A stretch of DNA of 64,000 bases from an uncultured Spirochaetota bacterium (GTDB lineage: Bacteria > Spirochaetota > Spirochaetia > SZUA-6 > Fen-1364), in the NCBI GenBank assembly GCA_963781885.1, contig CAWAHW010000007.1:480001-544000 (forward strand), read 5' to 3'. How positions within the stretch are numbered: position 1 is the stretch's first letter; each line of letters opens with the position of its first letter. This document shows, piece after piece, positions 8,253-18,910 of this stretch. The notes beneath the pieces were generated by a model. It was not told the DNA's origin. It did not search any database and was given only the letters and a program-made list of their open reading frames with translations. Made by a program: the position numbers and the translations under genes.

Positions 8253-11018
8253 ATGGAGAAGCTGCAGAAAAGAGAGAAGCTGGGCGCGGAGATACGGTTC
8301 CTGGGCCGGGTGCTCGGTGAGGTGATCCGCGACCAGGCGGGTCCCCGGCTGTACGACCTGGAGGAGGAGATACGGCTGGGCGCCCGCGCGCGGCGCGAGG
8401 GGGCCGCGGGGGCGGAAGAGACGCTGCGCGCGCGCATCCACGCAATGAGCGACGCCGAGGCGAGGACGGTCGTGCGCGCGTTCTCCGTCTTCTTCGACCT
8501 CGTGAATCTCGCGGAGGACCGGGAGCGCGTGCGTGTGCTGCGGGAAAGGGAGCGCGCGCGCTACCCCGAGCCGCGCTCGGAATCCATGGAGGAGGCGGTC
8601 CTCCTCATGCGGCGCGCGGGCCTGGACGCGGCAGGCTGCCAGGCGCTTCTTGACCTGCTCTCCATCGGCCTCGTCTTCACCGCGCACCCCACGGAGGCGA
8701 AGCGCCGTTCCGTGCGCACGAAGGTAAGGCTCCTGCGGGAATGCCTCGTGAAGCTCGACGACGCGGAGCTCCTGCCCCGGGAGCGCGACCAGGTCGTCAT
8801 GCAGATCAGGTCCGTGCTTACGGGGCTCTGGCAGACGGACCTCATCCGCCCCCGCAGGCCGAGCGTGCTGGAAGAGGTCGAGGTCGGGCTGTACTTTGCC
8901 GCCACGCTCTGGGAGGTGGCTCCCGCCATCTATGCCGAGCTCACCTGGGCGCTCCAGAGGGTGTATCCCGATGCAGCCTTTCGCATCCCGGCCTTTCTCG
9001 GCTTCGGCTCGTGGATCGGCGGGGACCGGGACGGAAACCCCAATGTGAGCGCCGCGGTGACGGAGCACACGCTGCTGCGGATGCGCACGGCGGCGGTTGC
9101 CGCGCACCTCGACCAGTGCCGCCTTCTGCAAGAGGAGCTCAGCTCTTCTGCCACCCAGGCTGCCGTGTCCGATTCGCTTCGCGCCGCCCTGGAAGCGAGG
9201 CTGCGCGATTTTCCCGCGCTCGCCGCGGTCGTGGAGCCCGTCTCGCCGCACGAGGTATACCGACGCTTCCTGAAGGTCGTGGAATGGCGCCTGGAGCACA
9301 CGGTGGAATCCCTCGACCGGCTCCCCGCCGGTGCGTACCGGTCGGGGACGGAGCTTGCGGCGGACCTTTCCCTGGTGGCGGAGAGCCTCCGCGCGAACAA
9401 TGGCGGCCATATCGTCGAAGGCGACCTGCAGAGCTGGCTCTGGCAGGCGCAGATATTCGGACTGCACAGCGCACGTCTGGACATACGCCAGGAATCGGGA
9501 CGCAACGCCCGCGTCGTGGCCGACATCGCGCGCGCGCTCGGCCTCGCGATGGACTACGCTTCCTTGCCCGAGCGGGAGAAAAGCGCGTTTCTCCGGTCGA
9601 CGCTCGGGACGGTGACGGTGGGAACGGAGGTCGCGCTGGACGAGGATGCGCGGGAGGCTCTTTCCACCTGCGCGGTCCTGGCCCGCGCCGCGTCCACCCT
9701 GGGGGAGGAGGCCCTGGGAGCCTACATCGTCAGCATGACCCACCGACTGAGCGACATCTTGAGCGCGCTCTGGCTCATGCATCTGAAGGCCCCCGGCGGG
9801 GACTTCCTCGGTCCCGCGATGGACATCGTGCCGCTTTTCGAAACGATCCGGGACCTCGACCATGCCGAGGGCATCGTGCGGGAGATGCTGGACGACCCCG
9901 CCTATCGCGGCCATTTGCGGCAGCGGAAGGACACGCAGATCGTCATGATCGGTTATTCGGACAGCACGAAGGACGGGGGCTATCTCGCCGCTTGCTGGGC
10001 CCTGTACACGACGCAGAGCGTCCTGTCGGCGCTGGCCCGCGAGCGCGGCGTGCGGCTCATCTTCTTCCACGGCCGCGGCGGCTCGCTGGGCAGGGGCGGG
10101 GGACCGGCGGCGCGCAGCATCCTCGCCCTGCCGCCCGAATCGCTGGGCGCCGGGCTTCGCATGACGGAGCAGGGCGAGGTCCTTGCCGACCGCTACGACG
10201 ACCCGCACATCGCCGGCCGGCACCTCGAGCAGGTCATCTGGGCCACCGTAGCTTCGTCCGTGCGGCCCCTCTCACCGCCCCGGCCTGCATGGACGGCGGC
10301 GATGGACGAGCTCGCCCGGGAAGCGCTTGCCCAGTATCGCGCGCTCATCGAGGAGCCATGCTTCGTCACCTGGTTCGAAGAGGCCACGCCGATCCGCGAG
10401 ATTGAGTCCATGCCCATCGCCTCCCGTCCCGCCCATCGCTACGAAAATGCCGCCGCGAGTGGCGGCGAAGCGCGCGGCCTCGCCGACCTTCGCGCCATTC
10501 CGTGGGTTTTCGCCTGGACGCAGAATCGCTGCATGATCCCTGCCTGGTATGGCCTGGGAAGCGCATTCCACGCGTTTGCGGCCTCCCGGCCCGACGGGTG
10601 GGAGACCCTGCATGCCATGTATGAAGGCTGGCCTTTCTTCCGTGCGACGCTGGACAATGCGGTGCTCGCGCTGGCCAAGTCCGATCTTCACATCGGCCGG
10701 ATGTACGCGGAGCTTGTGGCAGATGCCGACGCGCGCGAGCGCATCTGGGGCATGATCGCGGAGGAATACGCCCGCAGCCGGGAGGCGGTTCTGCGCACGA
10801 ACGGCCAGCCGGAGCTCCTGGAGGAGATACCCTGGCTCCAGCAGTCGATCCGGGTTCGCAATCCCAACACGGATCCCCTCAATCTCGTGCAGATCGAATG
10901 GCTGGAGCGCCTGCGGGATGCCCGCGCCGCCGGGGATGAGGCGCGGGAGGCTGAATGTCGGGAGCTCCTGCGCCTCTCCATAGAAGGCGTGGCGGCGGGA
11001 ATGCGCACCACCGGGTAG
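8253..11018 (+). CDS. ppc: Phosphoenolpyruvate carboxylase
   Basis: VFTAHPTE, SWIGGDRDGNP, VPLFET, MIGYSDSTKDGG, FHGRGGSLGRGGGP, LRAIPWVFAWTQ. Confidence 0.97.
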   Translation: MEKLQKREKLGAEIRFLGRVLGEVIRDQAGPRLYDLEEEIRLGARARREGAAGAEETLRARIHAMSDAEARTVVRAFSVFFDLVNLAEDRERVRVLRERERARYPEPRSESMEEAVLLMRRAGLDAAGCQALLDLLSIGLVFTAHPTEAKRRSVRTKVRLLRECLVKLDDAELLPRERDQVVMQIRSVLTGLWQTDLIRPRRPSVLEEVEVGLYFAATLWEVAPAIYAELTWALQRVYPDAAFRIPAFLGFGSWIGGDRDGNPNVSAAVTEHTLLRMRTAAVAAHLDQCRLLQEELSSSATQAAVSDSLRAALEARLRDFPALAAVVEPVSPHEVYRRFLKVVEWRLEHTVESLDRLPAGAYRSGTELAADLSLVAESLRANNGGHIVEGDLQSWLWQAQIFGLHSARLDIRQESGRNARVVADIARALGLAMDYASLPEREKSAFLRSTLGTVTVGTEVALDEDAREALSTCAVLARAASTLGEEALGAYIVSMTHRLSDILSALWLMHLKAPGGDFLGPAMDIVPLFETIRDLDHAEGIVREMLDDPAYRGHLRQRKDTQIVMIGYSDSTKDGGYLAACWALYTTQSVLSALARERGVRLIFFHGRGGSLGRGGGPAARSILALPPESLGAGLRMTEQGEVLADRYDDPHIAGRHLEQVIWATVASSVRPLSPPRPAWTAAMDELAREALAQYRALIEEPCFVTWFEEATPIREIESMPIASRPAHRYENAAASGGEARGLADLRAIPWVFAWTQNRCMIPAWYGLGSAFHAFAASRPDGWETLHAMYEGWPFFRATLDNAVLALAKSDLHIGRMYAELVADADARERIWGMIAEEYARSREAVLRTNGQPELLEEIPWLQQSIRVRNPNTDPLNLVQIEWLERLRDARAAGDEAREAECRELLRLSIEGVAAGMRTTG

Positions 11019-11078
11019 CCCGGATCCGGACACGGGTTCGTGGTAGGCGGCAGGCTCCGCGCGTGGTACATTGGAGCC

Positions 11079-11511
11079 ATGGCAGTAGATTCCATCTCAT
11101 CGGCATCGCCCATCATGTCCGCGTCGATCATGCAGAACCTGAGCAGGCCGGCCGAGACGACCCCGGATGCGCGCGAATCCGCCGCGCAGGAGAACGACTC
11201 TCGTAGAACGGCGGAGGCGGTGAGCGGCGCGGCCCCTGCATCGATCAGCTCCGCGTCATCCCTGAGTGGTCCGCAGGATACCGGGCAGCGCCGGCTCCGT
11301 CGGCACGCGCCTGGAGGTCACCCCGACTCCGAACGACGCGCAGGCTTCCCTCCAGGCATCCGCATCCCAGATCGCGCGCCTGCAGACCTCACCCGAGCAG
11401 CAGAACCCGCAGGCAGTCTCCAACGCCTACCAGAGCCAGGCGGCCGCGCAGAGCCAGATCAGTCAGCAGCAGCAGGCCGAAGGCGCACAGAGCATCAACG
11501 TCATGGCATGA
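11079..11511 (+). CDS. Hypothetical Ser/Ala/Gln-rich protein, frameshift near 11284
   Basis: GGAG RBS before MAVDSISSAS; low-complexity sequence continues in another frame (GSAGSVGTRLEV...QQQQAEGAQSINVMA); removing one G from ACCGGGCAG joins the frames. Confidence 0.55.
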
Positions 11512-11678
11512 TCGCGGCCCGGGCGGGAAACGATCCTCGCCCGGCCGTAGACGCCTTTGTCGCACGCCTCCCGTCCGGCGCCAGACGGAGGAGCAGCGCA
11601 GGCACAAACAATTTTCCGTAACCCCTGAACCCGTCCATCACCGGGACGCCTGCACCGTAGACCGCAAAGACCGGCGGT

Positions 11679-11707
11679 TTGACAGTGACGCCGCGGAGCA
11701 ATAGCTT
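11679..11707 (+). promoter_or_regulatory. Sigma70-type promoter upstream of the aldolase gene
   Basis: TTGACA, 17 nt spacer, TAGCTT; strong RBS GAGGAGG before 11738. Confidence 0.6.
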
Positions 11708-11737
11708 TGGGAGAGACTCTTCGAGGAGGCAAAATCA

Positions 11738-12760
11738 ATGGCAGTGGAGATACGCAAAGGCAAGGCCGCGGGCATCAATGCATGCGCGAATGACAAGGGC
11801 ATCATTGCCGCGGCGGCAATGGACCAGCGCGGGTCGCTCGAAAAAGCGATCGCCCAGGCCCGCGGGGCGCCTGCCACGCCGGATGACCTTGTGAAGTTCA
11901 AGACCGCGGTGGCGACGGTGCTCACGCGCCATGCCAGCGCCGTGCTCCTGGACCCCGAGTTCGGGCTGCCCGCGGCCAAGGCGCGCGCAAAAGGCACGGG
12001 TGTCCTGCTCGCCTATGAGAAGACCGGCTATGACACGAAGGACGACAGCAGGCTCCCCGACCTCCTTCCCGAATGGAGCGTTCGCAGGCTCGTGGAAGCC
12101 GGCGCCAGCGCCATCAAGATCCTCCTCTATTACAATCCCACGCACCCGGCCCGGGTCAACGATGCGAAGAAAGCCTTTGTCGAGCGCATCGGCGCTGAAT
12201 GCTCCGCCAGCGACGTGCCGTTCTTCCTGGAGACCATCTGCTACAACGACGCCGTTGGCGACGCAAAGAGCATCGAGTTCGCGCGCGCGAAACCGAAATA
12301 CGTGACCGCCTACATGCAGGAGTTCTCCCAGCCCCGCTACGGCGTGGACATCCTGAAGGTGGAGGTGCCGGTGAACATGCAGTTCGTGGAAGGCACCGCG
12401 ACCTTCAAGGGAAGCAAGGCCTACGACAAGAAGGAGGCCATGCGATTATTCCAGGAATCGGCTGCCGCGGCAAAGGTGCCCTTCATCTACCTGAGCGCCG
12501 GTGTGACCGACGAGGTCTTCCGGGAGACGCTCGAGCTTGCCGCCGAGGCGGGCACGCCCTTCTCCGGCGTTCTCTGCGGCCGCGCCACGTGGCAGGACGG
12601 GATCCCCGTGTTCGCCACCAAGGGCTACGACGCCCTTGTGGCCTGGCTCTCCGACCGGGGGGTGAAGAACATCACGGCCCTGAACCAGGTCCTCGCCAAA
12701 GGGGCGCGTGCGTGGTGGGATTTCTACGGCGGCAAGAAGAAAATCAAGCTCGTTGACTGA
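11738..12760 (+). CDS. lacD: Tagatose-1,6-bisphosphate aldolase family (class I, LacD/YihT)
   Basis: AMDQRGSL, LLDPEFG, LLAYEKTGYD, KILLYY, DILKVEVP, YLSAGV, GVLCGRATW. Confidence 0.9.
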   Translation: MAVEIRKGKAAGINACANDKGIIAAAAMDQRGSLEKAIAQARGAPATPDDLVKFKTAVATVLTRHASAVLLDPEFGLPAAKARAKGTGVLLAYEKTGYDTKDDSRLPDLLPEWSVRRLVEAGASAIKILLYYNPTHPARVNDAKKAFVERIGAECSASDVPFFLETICYNDAVGDAKSIEFARAKPKYVTAYMQEFSQPRYGVDILKVEVPVNMQFVEGTATFKGSKAYDKKEAMRLFQESAAAAKVPFIYLSAGVTDEVFRETLELAAEAGTPFSGVLCGRATWQDGIPVFATKGYDALVAWLSDRGVKNITALNQVLAKGARAWWDFYGGKKKIKLVD

Positions 12761-13772
12761 AAGTCCTGCCGTCGGCATTTGGGGGGCGCTCCCCCGGCCC
12801 TTCTCCGTTCTCGCGCCCATGGAAGACGTCACCGACACTGTGTTCCGCCGGGTCATACGCTCCGTCGGGGCGCCGGACCTTTTTTTCACCGAGTTCACCA
12901 GCACCGACGGCTTGTGCACGGCGGGCAGGCCGCGTGTCGTCGGCAGGCTGCGCTACACGGAGGAGGAGCGCCCCCTGATCGCGCAGCTGTGGGGCAACCA
13001 TCCCGAGCGCTACCTGCGGGTCGCCGCGGAGGTCCGGGCCATGGGCTTCGACGGCATCGACCTCAACATGGGCTGCCCCGTGCGCAAGGTCGTCAAGCGC
13101 GGCGAGTGCGGCGCGCTGATCGAGACGCCGGCACGTGCCGCGGAGCTCATCGCGGCGGCGCGTGAAGGGGCGGGCGGCCTGCCGGTGAGCGTGAAGACGC
13201 GCATCGGCGTGGCGCATTCCCGGGCGGAGGAATGGATCGGCTTTCTGCTTGCGCAGGGCCTGAGCGCGCTCACCGTGCACGGCCGGACGGTCGCGCAGCA
13301 GTCGGACGGCCACGCCGACTGGGGCGCGGTGGCTCTTGCCGTGCGGCTTCGAAACTCCCTGGGTGTGCCGACGCGCATCGTGGGCAATGGCGACGTGAAG
13401 TCAGCGGCGCAGTTCCGCGCGCGAGCGGAAGAAACGGGCGCCGACGGCATCATGATCGGCCGAGGGGTCTTCGAGAATATTTTCGTGTTCAGGATGATCC
13501 ACGAAATGCAGGCGAGCCAGGGGTCAGGGGCGGATTTCGCGCTCATCCCCCCCCGGGAAAAGATCGGCTATTTCAGGAGCCACATGATCATCCATCGCGA
13601 GACGTGGGGAGAGGGCAGGAGCTTCCACAGCCTGAAGAAGTTCGCAAAGACCTACCTACGTGCCTTCGAGGGTGCGGGAGCCCTCATGGACCAGGTGATG
13701 CATTGCAACAATCACGACTCCGCCCTCGCGGTGCTGGATGCCTGGACGCCCGCGCTTCCGGCCCGGGCGTGA
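12753..13772 (+). CDS. tRNA-dihydrouridine synthase
   Basis: LAPMEDVTD, DLNMGCP, VSVKTRIG, TVHGRT, GNGDV, MIGRG. TTG start overlaps the lacD stop. Confidence 0.92.
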   Translation: MTESPAVGIWGALPRPFSVLAPMEDVTDTVFRRVIRSVGAPDLFFTEFTSTDGLCTAGRPRVVGRLRYTEEERPLIAQLWGNHPERYLRVAAEVRAMGFDGIDLNMGCPVRKVVKRGECGALIETPARAAELIAAAREGAGGLPVSVKTRIGVAHSRAEEWIGFLLAQGLSALTVHGRTVAQQSDGHADWGAVALAVRLRNSLGVPTRIVGNGDVKSAAQFRARAEETGADGIMIGRGVFENIFVFRMIHEMQASQGSGADFALIPPREKIGYFRSHMIIHRETWGEGRSFHSLKKFAKTYLRAFEGAGALMDQVMHCNNHDSALAVLDAWTPALPARA

Positions 13773-13785
13773 GCTGGCCGGTCCC

Positions 13786-16635
13786 TCACGCCGGCAGGCG
13801 GCGGTTGAGGATCTCCCGGATCTTCGCAAGGAGCTCCTTGGTGTCGAATGGCTTCTGGACGAAATCGATGCCCGGTTCCAGCATTCCCTGCTGGAGGATG
13901 GCATTTCCCGTGTATCCCGAGATATAGAGCACCTTCACGCTCGGGCACTCCGCCAGGACGCGCTGGGCGAGCTGCTTTCCGCTCATCTGCGGCATGACGA
14001 CGTCCGTCACGAGCAGCGCGATGCCGCATTTCAGCGACTCCATCGCCGCCAGCGCCTCTTTGCCGCCCGCCGCCGCGATCACCGTGTAGCCGTTGTTCTC
14101 CAATACGCCCTGCGTGAAGCGCCGCACCATTTCCTCGTCCTCGACGAGGAGGATCGTCTCGTCGCCCTTCACGGGTGAGGCTTTCCCGACGGGCGCCGCC
14201 TTGCGGTCCACGGCCTCTTCCGTGCGCGGGAAGTAGATGGAGAAGGTGGTCCCTTCACCCAGCTCGCTGTAGCAGGTGATGTGGCCGTCGCTCTGCTTCA
14301 CGATGCCGTACACCGTCGAAAGCCCCAGGCCCGTCCCCTTTCCCTGCTCCTTGGTCGTGAAGAACGGCTCGAAGACGTGGGAGAGCACCTCATGGTCCAT
14401 GCCGTGGCCCGTGTCGCTCACCACCAGCCGCACGTACTCACCGGGCCGCACGCCGGGATGCTCCTGTGCATAGTCATCGTCGAAGACCCTGTTGGACGTC
14501 TCTATCGTGAGCTTGCCGCCCTCCGGCATCGCGTCCCGCGCATTGACGACGAGATTCATCAGGACCTGCTCGATCTGGCCCGGATCCGCCTTGATGTTGC
14601 CCGTGTCCGGCTGGAGGAATGTCCTCAGCTCGATGTCCTCCCCCACGAGCCGCGCGAGGATGTTCTCCAGCGCCCGCACGAGCCCGACCGGGTTGATGAC
14701 CCGGGGGATCAGGACCTGCTTCCTGCTGAAGGCAAGGAGCTGGCCGGTCAGGTTCGCGGCCTGCTTCGTGGCCCGGGATATCTCGTCCACCTGCGCCTTG
14801 ACCGGGCTATTGTCGGGCAAATCCTCCTGCACGAGGTCGCAGTAGCCGCCGATCACCGTCAGGAGGTTGTTGAAGTCGTGCGCAATGCCTCCGGCGAGCC
14901 TCCCGACGGCCTCCATCTTCTGGGCCTGGAGGAACTTTTCAGAGAGGGACCTCTCTTCCGTGACGTCCCTCCCGTAGAGGTTGACGTAGCCGCGGCTCGC
15001 CTGGGGGGCGATCGTGAGCATGAAGACGTTCTTGCCGTCACGCGCTTCGATGGCGCGTTTCGCACCCATTGTCCATGCCTGGCGGAGCTCTGCCATGTGG
15101 GCGGCGGGGATGCGCGGCGGCGTTCCAAGCCACGTTGCAAGAAGTGCCCGGCTGGAAGGGTTCTGATACAGGATCGCGCCGTCAAGGGAGACGCGGAAGA
15201 CGGGGTTCGGGTTTTCGTCGGGGAAACGGGCGAGGTCGTGGATGCGCTCTTCCGCGAGCTTGCGTTCGGTGATGTCGCGTCCCGTGCAGATGACGCCGAT
15301 GACCCTTCCCTGCGCATCGCGCAGAGGCGCCTTGATCGTCAGGGTCCAGCGCTTGCGCCCTTCCCGGTCGAAAGACTCCTCTTCCTGGTTGATCATGGCC
15401 GTCCCCGTCCGGATGATGGCCTGCTCGTCGGCGATATAGCGCGCGGCCTCCGCGGGGGGATAAAAATCGAGATCGGTCTTGCCGACGACGTCCTGCGCGC
15501 TCTGCAGGCCCATGACGCGCGCATTCGCCGTGTTCGTGATGAGGAAGCGGCTTTCCGTGTCCTTCACGGAGACGTAGTCGGGCAGGTTGTTGATGAGCGT
15601 GAGAAGGAGGTTTTTTTCCCGCTCCAGATTCTCTTCCAGCTGCTTGCGGCCCGTGATGTCCCGGATGGTGGAGAGGATTATGGACTCACCGGCCATCTCG
15701 AAGAGGTGATTGCTGATCTCCACGGGAATTCTGCGTCCGGTCTTGCTCACATGCACGCCTTCCCAGACGGCGTGCCTCTTCGCCTTGAGCGCGACCATCA
15801 TCGCCGGCGCGAGAGCCGCTCCCTCCGGGGAGTCGATGTCCAGGGGGGTCATCTGCAGGAGCTCGTCGCGCGTGTATCCCAGCCGTTCGCAGGCAATGTC
15901 GTTGACATCGGTGATCCGGCCGGGGAGCCCCTCCGGCGTGAGCCCGTGCACGAAAACCGCGTCGTTGATGCTGTTGAAGAGCAGACGGTAGCGCTCCTCG
16001 CTCTTGCGAAGGGCCTCTTCCGTGAGCTTACGATCCGTGATGTCGTGGGAGATGCCGAATGTCCCGACGATGGCGCCATTCTTGTCGCGCAGCGGCATCT
16101 TCGTCGTGAGGACCCAGGTGTCGGGACCGTTGGGCCAGGTCTCTTTTTCTTCCTTGTTGATGATGGGCTGGCCAGTGCGGATGATGCGCTGCTCGTCCTC
16201 GTAGGCGGCGCGCGCGTGCTCCTCCGTGAAGAGGTCGAAATCGGTCTTGCCTATCGAGTTCCCCAGGGATTTTTGACGCGTCCCCTTCAGGTGCCCTTTG
16301 CTGACATGGAGGAACCTACCCTGCAAATCCTTGAAATAGACCCTGTCGGGAATGTTCTCATCCAGGGCCTCCATCAGGAGCATGCGCGCGTGGTCGAGCT
16401 CCTCATCGGCTTTCTCATCGGGATTCTGGAGCTTCAGGAGCGCCTCGCGCGCCTTCTGGAAAGCCTCTACGCTTTCGCGCGACCGGCGCAGGAGACCGTC
16501 CACCGCATCCGCCAACCGGTCGAGCTCGTCCCCGTTTCCTGTCCGGGTTGCTCCGATCGAGGGGTCTCCGGGCGAGGCATTCTTGATTGATTCGATGAGC
16601 ATTGCGAGACGGTGCTCGAATGACCGTTCTTCCAT
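13786..16635 (-). CDS. Cytoplasmic hybrid sensor kinase (4 PAS/PAC + HisKA + HATPase + REC)
   Basis: PAS starts [38 protein letters not shown]; [13 protein letters not shown]; NARDAM; GKGTGLGL; REC ILLVEDE...TDVVMP. Confidence 0.95.
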   Translation of the reverse strand: MEERSFEHRLAMLIESIKNASPGDPSIGATRTGNGDELDRLADAVDGLLRRSRESVEAFQKAREALLKLQNPDEKADEELDHARMLLMEALDENIPDRVYFKDLQGRFLHVSKGHLKGTRQKSLGNSIGKTDFDLFTEEHARAAYEDEQRIIRTGQPIINKEEKETWPNGPDTWVLTTKMPLRDKNGAIVGTFGISHDITDRKLTEEALRKSEERYRLLFNSINDAVFVHGLTPEGLPGRITDVNDIACERLGYTRDELLQMTPLDIDSPEGAALAPAMMVALKAKRHAVWEGVHVSKTGRRIPVEISNHLFEMAGESIILSTIRDITGRKQLEENLEREKNLLLTLINNLPDYVSVKDTESRFLITNTANARVMGLQSAQDVVGKTDLDFYPPAEAARYIADEQAIIRTGTAMINQEEESFDREGRKRWTLTIKAPLRDAQGRVIGVICTGRDITERKLAEERIHDLARFPDENPNPVFRVSLDGAILYQNPSSRALLATWLGTPPRIPAAHMAELRQAWTMGAKRAIEARDGKNVFMLTIAPQASRGYVNLYGRDVTEERSLSEKFLQAQKMEAVGRLAGGIAHDFNNLLTVIGGYCDLVQEDLPDNSPVKAQVDEISRATKQAANLTGQLLAFSRKQVLIPRVINPVGLVRALENILARLVGEDIELRTFLQPDTGNIKADPGQIEQVLMNLVVNARDAMPEGGKLTIETSNRVFDDDYAQEHPGVRPGEYVRLVVSDTGHGMDHEVLSHVFEPFFTTKEQGKGTGLGLSTVYGIVKQSDGHITCYSELGEGTTFSIYFPRTEEAVDRKAAPVGKASPVKGDETILLVEDEEMVRRFTQGVLENNGYTVIAAAGGKEALAAMESLKCGIALLVTDVVMPQMSGKQLAQRVLAECPSVKVLYISGYTGNAILQQGMLEPGIDFVQKPFDTKELLAKIREILNRRLPA

Positions 16636-16902
16636 CACCCCCCCTCGTTCGCCGGGGACGTTTTCGCGGTTTCGCCCCAGGGATCGAGTCCACACCCGCG
16701 TGCGTTGCCGATTGATGCAATTGTACCATGAATTGCGCATCTCGCAATGGCAAAAAAAGATGTTTGCGAAGGCTTTCACGCCCTTTTTCGATGGGGATGG
16801 ACTCCGTACGGAGCGGGATGGACGAAAGCTGCCTGCCAAGAGTACCTTTCTCCAAGCTGCGGGCGGCCTTTGGCTGCTTCAGCGGCAACCGTTCAGGAAG
16901 CC

Positions 16903-17679
16903 ATGACAGCGGAAGAATTGACGACCGCCTGCGGGCGAAAGGTCTTTTTTCTCTACCCTCACAGCGTGCTCAACGAGGAGCTGCTCATCGAGATCCTGTC
17001 TCATGAGTTCGAAATCTACAGCCTGCGCGATCACGACGCGGCGGTGAAGGTGGCGGCGGCCTGGCAGGGATCCATTTTCTTCCTGAACATCGACGAAGCC
17101 CTCAAGGAACACCAGTGGGAGGCGTGGGTACGTGGGGTGCTGCGCTCCCCCGGCACGGCCTCCACCCGTCTGGGCATCCTTACGTACAACCCGAGCCCCG
17201 CGCTTGCCCAGAAATACCTCATGGATCTCATGCTCCCCTGCGGGTTCATCCAGTTGAAGCTCGGCCTCGCGGAGGCGAAAGGCATCATCCTGAAGACGCT
17301 CGAGGCGAACGAGGCGCGGGGCAGGCGCCGTTTCGTCCGGGCGCAATGTACGGAGCGCTCGAAGGCAACTTTCAATGTCAGCACGGAGGAGGGCATGGTG
17401 ACGGGCAGCGTCCTGGACATCAGCGTCGCGGGCATGACATTCCGATTCGACTCCGCCTTCGAGCTGTCGCTCCAGACCCCGCTGCGCGACGTGCAGCTCA
17501 GGTTGAAAGGTTCCCTTTGCCGGCTATCCGGCACCTTCATGGGCTCCGTGCGCGGTCAGGCCGGCTGCAATCTCATGATGTTCCATGCCCTGAGCGACGA
17601 AAACGCCGCCAGGATCCATCGCTTCATCTTCCAGGCCCTGCAGGAGGAAATGGGCGAGTTCGTCCGCGGCCACGCGTAG
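16903..17679 (+). CDS. PilZ-domain protein (c-di-GMP receptor)
   Basis: RRRFVR (RxxxR) and DISVAG (DxSxxG) motifs, preceded by an N-terminal alpha/beta domain. Confidence 0.85.
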   Translation: MTAEELTTACGRKVFFLYPHSVLNEELLIEILSHEFEIYSLRDHDAAVKVAAAWQGSIFFLNIDEALKEHQWEAWVRGVLRSPGTASTRLGILTYNPSPALAQKYLMDLMLPCGFIQLKLGLAEAKGIILKTLEANEARGRRRFVRAQCTERSKATFNVSTEEGMVTGSVLDISVAGMTFRFDSAFELSLQTPLRDVQLRLKGSLCRLSGTFMGSVRGQAGCNLMMFHALSDENAARIHRFIFQALQEEMGEFVRGHA

Positions 17680-17732
17680 CCAGGGACGGCGAGGGCCGAC
17701 GAGGCCAGGGATGGCCGGCAGGAGGCCCGTAG

Positions 17733-17748
17733 ACACGGTACTCCGTGC
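17733..17748. repeat. REP-like palindrome, copy 1 (degenerate)
   Basis: ACACGG-TACT-CCGTGC between convergent genes; resembles the copies at 34037, 34112, 56928 and 56954. Confidence 0.5.
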
Positions 17749-17829
17749 GAAGGGCGGCAGCACGGCCGCTCCTGGCGGCATTTGGCGCCGCGCAGCGGAC
17801 GGCCAGGGCTCCGGGCGAAATCGTCTCTC

Positions 17830-18907
17830 CTACTCGCCTGCCTTGACCCGGGTCCAGACCTGGTCGTAGAGGGTCGTTGCGTCGCGCACGTCCTCCAGCA
17901 TCACCATCTTCGCCGTGTCTGCATCCGACGGATAGACGCGCGGATCGTCGCGCATCTCGGGCTTGATGAGGCTGAGGCTCGCCGCGTTCGGTGTCGCGTA
18001 TTCGAGGTAGTTGGAGAGCTGCGCCCCCACGTCGGGCTTGAGGATGTAATCGATGAACTGGTAGGCGCCGACGGGATTGGGCGCCTGCGCGGGGATGGTC
18101 ATTGCGTCCACCCAGATGATCGTGCCTTCCTTCGGCACGACGAAATCCGTGTTCGCGTCCAGCTTCGCCACCGCGTCCCCGTTGTAGGCGATGCCCAGCC
18201 ACGCGTCGCCGGCAAGGACCTTGGCGACGCTGTCGGGACTGCCGTAAAAGCCCACCATTTTTTTCGTCCGCGCGGTGCGCAGGAGATCGCCCGCTGCCTT
18301 CAGCTCGTCCGCGGAACGGGTGTTCGGGGAGTATCCCTTCGTGAAAAGGGCGGCTGCCATGAGGTCCCGCATCGAGTCGATGAGAACCACCGGCCCGGGC
18401 TGCGACGCCGGGATCCAGGAGCGCCTTCCAGGATGGGGAGAAGCCGGGGAGCTTGTCCTTGCGGTAGACGATGCCCATCGTGCCCCACTGGTACGGCAGG
18501 CTGTAGAGACCCTGGGGATCGTAGGCAGGCTTTGCGAACCGGGCGGCGACGTTTTTCGCGTTCGGGATGCGCGACAGGTCGAGCTTCCGGAAGGTGCCCT
18601 TTGCCGCCATCACGGGGATGGCGTGGTCGGAGACAACCACCACGTCGTACTGGTCGCCGGCGCTTGCAACCTTGCTCATCATCTCCTCGGTGCTTTCATA
18701 CGTGTCCAGCACGATCTTCATGCCCGTTTCCTTCTGGAACCGGTCCACGAGCGCCGGGTCGATGTATTCCGAGTACATGAAAACGGTGACGGTCTTGCCT
18801 GCCGGAGGCAGGGACGCGTTCGTGCCTCCGGCCGCGCCCGATTGGTTCCTGCTGCACGCGGAGAGAAGAACGCAGCACGCGGCAAAAATGGTCAGTGTCG
18901 TCCGCAT
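17830..18907 (-). CDS. potD: Spermidine/putrescine ABC substrate-binding lipoprotein, frameshift near 18411
   Basis: Lipobox LLSAC; YSEYID; PYQWGTMG; second frame VVPKEGTIIWVDAMTIP..YATPN. One extra C in GATCCCGG. Confidence 0.88.
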
Positions 18908-18910
18908 CGA

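Noticed and set aside
11512-11678. Hairpin-rich intergenic region with GGGACGC and GCAAAG, reminiscent of a c-di-GMP-I riboswitch
   Set aside because: Motif order and spacing do not fit, and it lies upstream of the predicted promoter; more likely terminator-type hairpins.
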